Below are positions 47,984 through 56,499 of a stretch of DNA of 64,000 nucleotides, one piece after another (position 1 is the first letter of the stretch; the number at the start of each line of letters is the position of its first letter). Source of the DNA: a bacterium (GTDB taxonomy: Bacteria > Patescibacteriota > Minisyncoccia > UBA6257 > WO2-44-18); assembly GCA_030646995.1 (NCBI GenBank), contig JAUSKF010000004.1, forward strand, positions 20,404 through 84,403, in the 5' to 3' direction. The position numbers and the translations under genes were made by a program. Below the pieces are notes generated by a model. That model saw only the letters and a list, made by a program, of their open reading frames with translations, did no database searches and had not been told where the DNA came from.

Positions 47984-48382
47984 TTACGCGACCTTTTCTG
48001 CGGGGGCTTCAGCGGCTGGATCTGCGGCGGCCGGAGCTTTATCCGCCGAGGCGGGAGCTGCTGGAGCAGCTGCGGCGGGTCCGCCAGCTGGCGGATTCGC
48101 ATCCCCTTCTTTCTTCTTCGGCTGGCTATGAACTGCAATCTTTTTTCCGGAAAGAATCCCGGCGGTAATCAGCAAATTGTAGACGGTGTCGGTCGGCTTA
48201 GCGCCGGTTTTCATCCAATATTCCACTCGGTCTTTCTTAATTTCAGATTTATCCGTGCGGGGATTGTACCAGCCCAAATCTTCAACGTGCCTACCAAAAA
48301 GCTTGTGGCGCTTTTCATCCACAATAAGGCGGAAGCTCGCTTGGTGCTTCTTGCCAATCCGTTTTAGCTTTAACATCAACAT
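47984..48382 (-). CDS. rpsP: 30S ribosomal protein S16 with Ala/Pro-rich tail
   Basis: L-RIGKKHQ, LGWYNP, GAKPTDTV. Confidence 0.95.
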   Translation of the reverse strand: MLMLKLKRIGKKHQASFRLIVDEKRHKLFGRHVEDLGWYNPRTDKSEIKKDRVEYWMKTGAKPTDTVYNLLITAGILSGKKIAVHSQPKKKEGDANPPAGGPAAAAPAAPASADKAPAAADPAAEAPAEKVA

Positions 48383-48420
48383 TGATAGATATTCTATATC
48401 AGTCTGAGGACAAAGTCAAA

Positions 48421-48554
48421 GGGCTACGGGAATAGCCCCTCGGAAACGGCATAATTTGCTTCCGGCGAGCAAATTTGCCTCTCCCTCGCTTCGCCACTAT
48501 TAAGACCAAGCTGGCGAAGCTCCGGCATGTTCCTCGAAACTATTCCCTTCGCTC
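48421..48554 (-). ncRNA. Structured repeat element family A, copy 3
   Basis: Inverted homolog of 49428-49562; shares core with the other copies. Confidence 0.6.
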
Positions 48555-48567
48555 TTTTTAAGAGTAA

Positions 48568-48704
48568 GGCTAGACAGCTTTAAGGAACATCTCGGAGGCG
48601 GTTGTGCTTGGCTCGTTCGTTATGTCCGAACGAACAGCCGCCGAGAGAGAAGGAAACTTTTCCGCAGGAGAAAAGTTATTCTGCTTCCAAGAAGCTGTCT
48701 GGCC
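48568..48704 (+). ncRNA. Structured repeat element family A, copy 4
   Basis: Closing stem GGCTAGACAGCTT/AAGCTGTCTGGCC; core matches 34006-34161. Confidence 0.6.
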
Positions 48705-48768
48705 GAGCCATTGACTTGAAAATACTGTAGGCGTACTTTTAAGGCAGCTACTTTTCAAGGAAAAGCCG

Positions 48769-49377
48769 ATGAAAAGCTTCATTGCTCTACTCGTTTCCGC
48801 GACTGCGATTTTTGCCTATCCCGACGAAGAAGTCAAAGAGGAAGCAAAGGCTCCTAACATCGAAGGCTGGACGGTTTCCGATGCGGATCCGCCCAAGCAC
48901 GGCTTCCAGGCCGTGCGTATGAGCAAGACCGGCACCGCCCTGAAGCCCGACGATGCACGCCAGCCCGTGATGGAAAGTGTTTTTTATGAAGACCCGGATA
49001 ACCCCGGCGAATACGGCGGCATCTACCGCTCCAAGAACGATAGGGGTGAATGGGTGACCTTCGCTAAGGTCTGGGGCATCAAAAAAGTTGAAGGTAAATA
49101 TATGCAGGATGAAGACAGGGACGGCAACGGCGTACCCGACGGCAACGGCGAGATGAACTATGCAGTTCTCGACGAAAACGGGAAATGGGTTCCCGGCTTG
49201 CCCGGAAAAACCATCATGGCCTGGAAGACCGTCTGGAACGACTCGGATACGAAAGACTATCCAGTCGGTTTCAGCTACTGCCTGTGTTATGAAGATGAAG
49301 GCGACGCCAGCGGTCTCTTTATGAAGACCGGAAATGTCTGGATTGAAAAGCCGGAAGCCGAAAAAGACGAAGAGTAA
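48769..49377 (+). CDS. Secreted acidic hypothetical protein
   Basis: Signal peptide, DEDRDGNGVPDG Ca-binding-like loop, own promoter and terminator. Confidence 0.7.
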   Translation: MKSFIALLVSATAIFAYPDEEVKEEAKAPNIEGWTVSDADPPKHGFQAVRMSKTGTALKPDDARQPVMESVFYEDPDNPGEYGGIYRSKNDRGEWVTFAKVWGIKKVEGKYMQDEDRDGNGVPDGNGEMNYAVLDENGKWVPGLPGKTIMAWKTVWNDSDTKDYPVGFSYCLCYEDEGDASGLFMKTGNVWIEKPEAEKDEE

Positions 49378-49427
49378 AACCAAAACCCCTCTCATGAGGG
49401 GCTTTTTGTTGTTTTCAAATTAACCAA

Positions 49428-49562
49428 AGCGAAGGAAATAGCTTCGAGGAACATGCCGGAGTTTCGCCAGCTGGGTCTTTCAGAAGTGGCGAAACGAGGG
49501 AGAGGCAAATTGAGCCGCTGGAGCTCAATTATGCCGTTTCCGAGGAACTATTCCCGGAGCCC
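49428..49562 (+). ncRNA. Structured repeat element family A, copy 5
   Basis: AGGAACATGCCGGAG...CGAGGGAGAGGCA-AATTGAGC-CGCTGGA-GCTCAATT-ATGCCGTTTCCGAG. Confidence 0.6.
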
Positions 49563-51760
49563 TATTCTAGTTTTAATGAAAGCACCCGCGAAGTCCCATC
49601 ATCTCCCATAGTCACACCATACATCACGCTGGCGGCTTCCATTGTGGCGCGGTTATGAGTAACCAATAAGAACTGGGTTTTTTCGGAAAAAGTTTTAATT
49701 AAGTCGGAGAAGCGGCGAGCGTTGCGTTCATCAAGCGGCGCATCTATTTCATCAAGCACCAGAAATGGCGGGGGGCTGACCGAGATAAGAGCAAAAAGCG
49801 CGGCGATAGAAACCAAACTCTTTTCTCCGCCCGAGAGCATTTCCAAACTACTGATTTTCTTACGGGGAATGCTGACGTGCACCTCCAAGCCACCATGGTC
49901 TACTTTGTGACCCGCATCTTCGTCCTCACTGGGAACCTCATCGCCCGGAGTCGCATTTTCCATATTAACCTCATCAGAAACTTCCGGCTTCGGCTCATCC
50001 TTTACCAATTTCAAGCTAGCCTTCCCGCCTCCGAACATCAGTTTAAAATACCTATCAAATTCATCGTTAATTGACGACATCGCTCTATCAAATTCGGTAT
50101 GAATTTTCTCATCCAAATCATTAATCAAAACTCCCAAGTCATCGGAAGCTTTATCCAAATCCGCCATTTGGGTAGACAAGAAATTATGTCGCGCCTCAGT
50201 ATCTTGGGCTTCTTTTACCAAAGCCGGATCCAAATCCCCTATTCCGGCCAACTCGGCCCGCAACTTAAACATCTTCTTCTCTAATTCCGCTAATCCGCCT
50301 CCGCCAACCAGGGCGGATGACGGACTCCCACCCACCAATTCCTTCGCAGAGAAATCACTCAACTTACGACCGGCCTGCGCCGCCAAATTATGCAATTCTT
50401 GCCGCCGAATAGTTATCCTTTCCCTATCAAAAAGCAGTCTATTTTTCTCATTTTCCAACTTCTGAATCTCATCTTTCTTTGCCTCCACTAATTCAAAAGC
50501 CTTCTTAAACACCGCGTTAAACCCGCGCAAATCTTCTGCTAACTTATCTTCCATGCCGGTCAACTGACCAAGCTCGGCATCCACTGCCGCCAAATCGGAA
50601 AATAATTTTTCTTTAGACTTTTCCAATTCTTTTACCTTTCCTTCGCGATTATCTGAACCAACGGAAAGTACACGCTCAATCTTATCTGAAAGCTCGCGCA
50701 AAATTGATTTCAAGCCCACTAGGTCGTCCTCTACTAGGGCTTCACCAATCTTTTCCCTCGTTTCTTCAAGCAGTTTCACCGCTTCGGCAGCCTTCATCTC
50801 CGACTTTGGCTGATTCACCAAAAATTCCATCTGCGCCTCCAAACGGCCGATGTCTTTTTGAAAAATAGACTTCTTAAAGAGAAAATCTGCCTGCTTCTTT
50901 TTAAAATCCTGAAAATTCTGGTCCCCTTTCGGGCCTGATTTATCGACTTTCGCCAACTCGCCCTGCACGTCTTTTAGTTCTCGTCGTTTGTCGTTGGTCT
51001 CTTTGTCTAAGCCGTTAAGTTGCGGCTCCAAATCTTTTAAATCCTTTTCTATATCAAATAAACGACCGCCGAAATAAATGGCCTCCAGGTCGTGGAGTTC
51101 TTTTTCCACATCTGCCTGCTTCTCCCACTTGGCGGCCTGACGACGGAGTAAACGTAAATGCGGGGTTAACTCATCAATCATCGCTTTCACTTTTTCCAAA
51201 TTAAATTTAGTAGAAACTAGTTTCCGTTCCGCCTCATGCTTTTTTAATTGGAACTGGCGCAATCCCAAAACCTCCTCAATCATCGCGCGGCGTTCCTTCG
51301 GAGTAGCGCGCACAAAAATATCGCTATTGCCCTGATTTACTATAGTAAGGCCACGGGTTCCAAGACGGGCTTTGGCAAAAAAATCTATGATATCTTTCAG
51401 GCGAACCGAGGCTTCATTTAAAAAATATTCCGAATCACCTCCGCGGCTGACTTTGCGGGTGATGGAAACTTCATCATAATCCACGGGAAAGAAATGATCG
51501 CTGTTTTCAAAAATCATTGTTGCCTGCGCCATACCCATGCGCGGCTTCTGTGGCGTGCCCGCGAAAATAAGATCTTCAGATTTAGTGCCGCGGATATTTT
51601 TCGCGTCACGCTCTCCTAGGAGCCAACGAATCGCATCAATCACGTTAGATTTACCCGAACCATTCGGGCCGACAATGGCCGTAATTCCTGCCGGAAAATC
51701 CAAAACCGTCTTTTGGGCAAAAGACTTAAAACCGACTAGTTCTAGCCGCTTCAACTGCAT
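49562..51760 (-). CDS. smc: Chromosome segregation SMC (short, 732 aa)
   Basis: GFKSFA, GPNGSGKSN, Q-loop, LSGGEKS, LDEIDAPLD, VTH; no obvious hinge. Confidence 0.92.
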   Translation of the reverse strand: MQLKRLELVGFKSFAQKTVLDFPAGITAIVGPNGSGKSNVIDAIRWLLGERDAKNIRGTKSEDLIFAGTPQKPRMGMAQATMIFENSDHFFPVDYDEVSITRKVSRGGDSEYFLNEASVRLKDIIDFFAKARLGTRGLTIVNQGNSDIFVRATPKERRAMIEEVLGLRQFQLKKHEAERKLVSTKFNLEKVKAMIDELTPHLRLLRRQAAKWEKQADVEKELHDLEAIYFGGRLFDIEKDLKDLEPQLNGLDKETNDKRRELKDVQGELAKVDKSGPKGDQNFQDFKKKQADFLFKKSIFQKDIGRLEAQMEFLVNQPKSEMKAAEAVKLLEETREKIGEALVEDDLVGLKSILRELSDKIERVLSVGSDNREGKVKELEKSKEKLFSDLAAVDAELGQLTGMEDKLAEDLRGFNAVFKKAFELVEAKKDEIQKLENEKNRLLFDRERITIRRQELHNLAAQAGRKLSDFSAKELVGGSPSSALVGGGGLAELEKKMFKLRAELAGIGDLDPALVKEAQDTEARHNFLSTQMADLDKASDDLGVLINDLDEKIHTEFDRAMSSINDEFDRYFKLMFGGGKASLKLVKDEPKPEVSDEVNMENATPGDEVPSEDEDAGHKVDHGGLEVHVSIPRKKISSLEMLSGGEKSLVSIAALFALISVSPPPFLVLDEIDAPLDERNARRFSDLIKTFSEKTQFLLVTHNRATMEAASVMYGVTMGDDGTSRVLSLKLE

Positions 51761-51811
51761 TGCTATTATTTTAACTAAAAAAGCCGCGTATTGCTACGCG
51801 GCTTCATATTT

Positions 51812-53632
51812 TTACGTCGGATTAGCACAACCGGCAATCACTGCATCAATTTCATCACCGGTCAGAACCTTCTTTTCCAGTAGTTCGGCAACCAACGCGT
51901 CGCGCTGACGCAAATTATCCTTAACAATCTGCTGGGCGCGCTCAAAGGCATCATCCAGAATCTTTTTAATCTCTTCGTCCACAATCTGAGCAAAAGCATC
52001 AGAACAGCTTAGATTGTTGGAGGACGCTCCCAAGAAATCACTACGCTGGGCAATCACCGCCAAACCAATGCGCTCGCTCATTCCGAATTCACAGACCATA
52101 CGACGAGCAAGGTCAGTGGCCATTTTACGATCCTGATGATCACCAATACAAGATTTTCCGTACTTAGCAATCTCTCCGGCTTTTCCGCCAAAGAGCATGT
52201 CGAGCATATTTTTGAAGTATTGCAGGTGAGCGCGGGTCATCTGATTTTCTTCCATAACCAGTCCGGTATAACCACCGGCTTTAGCTCGCGGAAGATTTGT
52301 AACTTTGCGCACAGAAATCTTGTGATGTCTCGCAACGATTGTATGTCCGATCTCATGATGGGTCACCAATTCCAAATCATCATCTGTCATCTCCCGACTC
52401 TTTTTAATCGGGCCCCAAGCGACTCGGTCAATCGCTTCGTCAAACTCCTTCATTCCGATCTCGTCTTTTTTGGCCCGAATAGCCATGAATGCGGCTTCAT
52501 TCGCAACCGCTTCCAACTTGGCGCCGGAATGATTAGGAGTCCACTTCGCGACTTGCATAAGGTCAACTTCTGGAGCCTTGGGTTTATTTCTGGTATGAAT
52601 CTTCAAGATTAATTCGCGGGCCTTCAAGTCAGGCAAATCAATACTGATTTCCCTATCCAAGCGGCCAGGCCTCTTCACCGCTTCATCCAGATTTTCCGGA
52701 CGATTAGTGGCGGCAATCACCAGAACACGTTCGTCGGTTTTGAATCCGTCCATCTCATCCAGCAGCGCCGTTACAGTCTGGGCTTTTTCGTCATTTCCAC
52801 CCGGACCAGGCATCCGCTGCGATGCAACCGCGTCAAACTCATCGAAAAAAATAATTGATGGGGCATGAGCGCGAGCCATGGCGAATGTTTCACGAATACG
52901 CATTGCGCCGACACCAACGAAAACCTGCACAAAATCCGAACCGCTCAAAGCATAGAAGGAGGCGCCGCATTCACCGGCCATAGCTTTAGCCATCAGGGTC
53001 TTGCCGACTCCGGGAGAACCCGTGAGCAAAATACCGCGCGGAGCCTTCGCTCCAAACTTCCGGTAAATTTCCGGGCGCTTCAAGGCATCAATCGCTTCCT
53101 GCGTTTCCTCAATCGCCTCATCGCAACCGGCAACATCAGAGAATCTTTCTTTCCGAGCCTTACTGGTCAAATTTCCTACACTAAGCATTGCCTTCTGCCG
53201 TCTAGAATTGAACCAGAAAAAGAAAACTATTAGCAAAACCAAAATCCCCCAAGAAGCAAAGAATTGCAAAGCATACACCCACCATTCAGTACCAAGGGGC
53301 TTGGCAGTCAGCTTCACGTTTTTGGCCAGCGCTATGGCTTCCAGCTTCTCGACGTCGGCGACTTGAGTATGGAAAAGTTTATTGCTGGAAAATTTTCCAG
53401 CGACCACTCCGGTGTTTCGATCGATGTTCATTTCTTTCACCGAACCACTGTCAATTTCCTTATACAACTCATCAATCGTGATGGCCTTGTCTTCAACATT
53501 CGGACCGCCGAAGAATCGATCATAGGCTCCGATTATCAACAAAGAGATAATAAAAATCATCAACAGCCGAAAAGAAGGAGGGCGAAATTTAGGGGAACGA
53601 CCCGGCGGAATTCCCTGCTGATTGGCAGGCAT
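51812..53632 (-). CDS. ftsH: ATP-dependent Zn metalloprotease FtsH family
   Basis: 2 TM, FSDVAG, GSPGVGKT, SGSDFV, RPGRLDR, HEIGH. Confidence 0.9.
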   Translation of the reverse strand: MPANQQGIPPGRSPKFRPPSFRLLMIFIISLLIIGAYDRFFGGPNVEDKAITIDELYKEIDSGSVKEMNIDRNTGVVAGKFSSNKLFHTQVADVEKLEAIALAKNVKLTAKPLGTEWWVYALQFFASWGILVLLIVFFFWFNSRRQKAMLSVGNLTSKARKERFSDVAGCDEAIEETQEAIDALKRPEIYRKFGAKAPRGILLTGSPGVGKTLMAKAMAGECGASFYALSGSDFVQVFVGVGAMRIRETFAMARAHAPSIIFFDEFDAVASQRMPGPGGNDEKAQTVTALLDEMDGFKTDERVLVIAATNRPENLDEAVKRPGRLDREISIDLPDLKARELILKIHTRNKPKAPEVDLMQVAKWTPNHSGAKLEAVANEAAFMAIRAKKDEIGMKEFDEAIDRVAWGPIKKSREMTDDDLELVTHHEIGHTIVARHHKISVRKVTNLPRAKAGGYTGLVMEENQMTRAHLQYFKNMLDMLFGGKAGEIAKYGKSCIGDHQDRKMATDLARRMVCEFGMSERIGLAVIAQRSDFLGASSNNLSCSDAFAQIVDEEIKKILDDAFERAQQIVKDNLRQRDALVAELLEKKVLTGDEIDAVIAGCANPT

Positions 53633-53691
53633 GCGTACACCTCTCTTAATTTCAAAGAGCTGAAAACTAGCCCAAGTAAAGCAATAATTTA

Positions 53692-54375
53692 CTAGTCGAG
53701 CAAGGACAAAGCCTCTTTCGCGGCATCTGCTTCCGCCTCTTGTTTAGACTGGCCGGTGCCTTTAGCAATCATTTTTTCCCCGAAATAAACTCCCACAGTA
53801 AATACCTTCGCATGATCCGGTCCGATTTCCGACAATACTTTATAAACCGGCGTGACTCGCTTGGTTTCCTGCACTTTTTCCTGAAGCTTGCTCTTCGGAT
53901 CCTTATAAGACCCGGCCCGTAAAACTTCTTCCAAATGCTCTAAAACAAATTTATTTACAAAGCTGTTTGCTACATCCTGTCCGCCATCAAGGTATATCGC
54001 GCCAATCAACGCCTCCATCGCGTTCGCCAGAATAACCTCACGCGCTTTTCCGCCATCTCTTGCCTCTCCACGGGAAAGCAAAACAAATTTCTCCAAGCCT
54101 ATATCTCCGGCAATCCGAGCCATCATCACATAATTCACTAAAGCGGCTCGATAACTCGTGAGCGCTCCTTCTTTCTGCTCCGGAAAACGCTTGTACAATT
54201 CTTCGGTAACCGATAATTCTAAAACCGCATCTCCCAAAAATTCCAATCGCTCATTGTCCGGCACATCCCACTTAGGATTTTCATTCAAATAAGAACGGTG
54301 AGTTACCGCCTCTTTCAAAAGGTTTTTTTCTTCAAACTTATAACCGATTACTTTTTCTAATTTAGATAACTCCAT
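53692..54375 (-). CDS. rnc: Ribonuclease III
   Basis: THRS, NERLEFLGDAVL, EALIGAIYLD, dsRBD. Confidence 0.97.
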   Translation of the reverse strand: MELSKLEKVIGYKFEEKNLLKEAVTHRSYLNENPKWDVPDNERLEFLGDAVLELSVTEELYKRFPEQKEGALTSYRAALVNYVMMARIAGDIGLEKFVLLSRGEARDGGKAREVILANAMEALIGAIYLDGGQDVANSFVNKFVLEHLEEVLRAGSYKDPKSKLQEKVQETKRVTPVYKVLSEIGPDHAKVFTVGVYFGEKMIAKGTGQSKQEAEADAAKEALSLLD

Positions 54376-54459
54376 TTGTTTGGAGTTATTAAGTAACTAA
54401 GTAATTTCGTCATTCAACCGCCAAATAACCAAATTACTTAACAACTTAATAACTGAATT

Positions 54460-54924
54460 TTATTCTTCTTTTTTCTCTTCTTTTGGCTTTTCCACTATCT
54501 GCCCAGAAGCCAACATTTCTTTATAAATGGTGCCGAGAACACCGTTGATGAACTTTCCGGAGTTCGGCCCACCGTAATTCTTGGAAATTTCGATGGCTTC
54601 ATTTATAGCAACCTTTGGCGGAACCTCCTCATGGTCCGCATGCAGCAACTCATAAAGACCTATGCGCAAAGCATTGCGATCGATAATGGCAATCTGCTCA
54701 ATCGGCCAGTCCGGCGCGGCGCGAGTGATAATGGTGTCCAGCTCTTCCAGATTATCCACGATTCCTTTCATCAATCTCCAAGCAAATTCCGGCTCATCAA
54801 TGCCGGGAGCAAATTCCGCAAGGTTTCTTTCCAAGACTTTCGTCAAATCTTCTTTCTTGTGGTAAAAGTCCCACTCAAAGAGTGATTGGAGGACTACTGA
54901 TCTTGCAAGTTGTCGAGTTGCCAT
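54460..54924 (-). CDS. nusB: Transcription antitermination factor NusB
   Basis: [31 protein letters not shown]. Confidence 0.95.
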   Translation of the reverse strand: MATRQLARSVVLQSLFEWDFYHKKEDLTKVLERNLAEFAPGIDEPEFAWRLMKGIVDNLEELDTIITRAAPDWPIEQIAIIDRNALRIGLYELLHADHEEVPPKVAINEAIEISKNYGGPNSGKFINGVLGTIYKEMLASGQIVEKPKEEKKEE

Positions 54925-54982
54925 TCTTTCAGTTTGTAATTTTCAAACTTTCTATTTTCTACTTACTACTCTCTACTTACTG

Positions 54983-55147
54983 CTATTTCGCCTTCTCGTA
55001 CACTCCACACTGCGGGCAAGCCTTATGTGGAAGCATCGGACCCTGACACTTCAGGCAAGCGATAATCATGTGTTTTTTCAAAGCCAAATGCGACCGGCGA
55101 CGGCCGACTTTCGATTTAGAATGATGTTTTACTGGTACGCCACCCAT
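54983..55147 (-). CDS. rpmF: 50S ribosomal protein L32, absent from the ORF track
   Basis: MGGVPVKHHSKSKVGRRRSHLALKKHMIIACLKCQGPMLPHKACPQCGVYEKAK. Confidence 0.93.
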   Translation of the reverse strand: MGGVPVKHHSKSKVGRRRSHLALKKHMIIACLKCQGPMLPHKACPQCGVYEKAK

Positions 55148-55251
55148 ATGAATAGTAGCTAGTGGCTAGTAGATAGTAGCTAGAACAGCCAATAGCAATA
55201 CTTTTAAGATAGCGGGTTTCAAGAAAATTGTCAAAGAGTCAGAGGATACTT

Positions 55252-55343
55252 GATTTTTTTACCTACTGCTCCAAATTTTCAATTCAAAGAAGCAGAAAAT
55301 TTGGTTAGCAGTAGCAATCCTGAGCGTAGCGTAGGATTACATT
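55252..55343. repeat. About 92-bp dispersed palindromic repeat, copy 2
   Basis: Reverse complement of 7151-7242. Confidence 0.9.
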
Positions 55344-55414
55344 TACCGTGTTGCCAAAATTAAAAGCCTATGCGACATTAATTATAGCGTTTTGACATAG
55401 AGAAAGGTCAGAAC

Positions 55415-56386
55415 ATGAAACCTCGCAATGCCCTGATTGCCGGTACGCTTGCCGTACTTGTTGCTACTTTTTGCTTCGTTTACGTACAGAAAAAGATTGA
55501 AAATACGCGCAAAGATAGCGAACAGGCCAATGTCATACTTACCGAAAGAGTGCTGGAACTTGAAGATGCCCGTGTCGCAACGGAAAAAGAAAAAGCCGAA
55601 ATGAATCTGCAGATTGGTTTTCTTCTTTATGCGCTCGGCGAAAACGTCGGACATCTGACTGACCAAAATACGAATCTGGCGGACCAGAACGATGATCTGC
55701 GCGATGAACTGAACAAGCTCCGCGAAGATTTCGAAAGCTACAAGAACTGCATCGTCAAGATCTATGGCGAAGCCGGCTACCTGACCCATCTGATGGTGGA
55801 TTATAGCAACACAAAAGAACCCACTAAGAAGGCGCGGTCCTGCCTGTCGGGCTCGATCATCCGCTACGAAGGCAACACCTACATCCTGACTGCCGGCCAT
55901 CTGGATATGGCGGGCTACACGGTCTCCAAGATCACGGCGACCTTCAACTTCGGAGTCAGCACCCAGGAAGCGGAGATCGTGGGCTACGATCATAGCTATG
56001 ACGTGATGCTGCTCAAGTTCAAAGACCCGAACTTCAAATATGAAGGCTACACCCCAGGCTTCGCCGATAAGGACAGTCTGAAGGTGGGCCATCGGGTCGT
56101 GGCAATGGGCTCCCCTCTCTGCAAACCTTTCGTGCTGTCGGTGGGGTGTATCGGTAAAATTTACCGGGATTCCCCGGCCACTCGGGACCTGCTGATGCAT
56201 AATGCCCTAATCAACCCCGGCAACTCCGGCGGACCGCTACTCAACGAAGATGGCCAAATCGTCGGCATCAACACGATGGTCACCGGCGACCCCGTCAATA
56301 ACTTCGTTTCGGCAATGGGGATCGCGGTATCCGTAAGAAGCATTCTGGAAGTCATGCCCGAACTGATCAGAGGACAAAAAAATTAA
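55415..56386 (+). CDS. Membrane-anchored trypsin-like serine protease with coiled coil
   Basis: TM, coiled coil, LTAGH, YDV, INPGNSGGPL; no PDZ. Confidence 0.88.
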   Translation: MKPRNALIAGTLAVLVATFCFVYVQKKIENTRKDSEQANVILTERVLELEDARVATEKEKAEMNLQIGFLLYALGENVGHLTDQNTNLADQNDDLRDELNKLREDFESYKNCIVKIYGEAGYLTHLMVDYSNTKEPTKKARSCLSGSIIRYEGNTYILTAGHLDMAGYTVSKITATFNFGVSTQEAEIVGYDHSYDVMLLKFKDPNFKYEGYTPGFADKDSLKVGHRVVAMGSPLCKPFVLSVGCIGKIYRDSPATRDLLMHNALINPGNSGGPLLNEDGQIVGINTMVTGDPVNNFVSAMGIAVSVRSILEVMPELIRGQKN

Positions 56387-56499
56387 TAAAAATCCCCGCG
56401 CGAAACCTGCCTACCAGCAGGCAGGCGCGGGGCTTTTATTTTAAGAAAATTTTATTGATAAAAACCGGTGCGCCGAGTAAAATTAGTCCAACGAACTCA

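Noticed and set aside
48421-49562. Family A as a known ribozyme or riboswitch (hairpin, HDV-like, twister, glycine, c-di-GMP)
   Set aside because: By eye the conserved nucleotides do not fit these consensus folds; left unassigned pending an Rfam search.
49562-51760. Short SMC (and short DnaX) as truncated pseudogenes
   Set aside because: Both keep their catalytic motifs and clean ends; compact forms are plausible in reduced genomes.
48787-56200. Antisense ORFs 48787-49395 and 55382-56200
   Set aside because: Shadows of the signal-peptide gene and the serine protease on the other strand.
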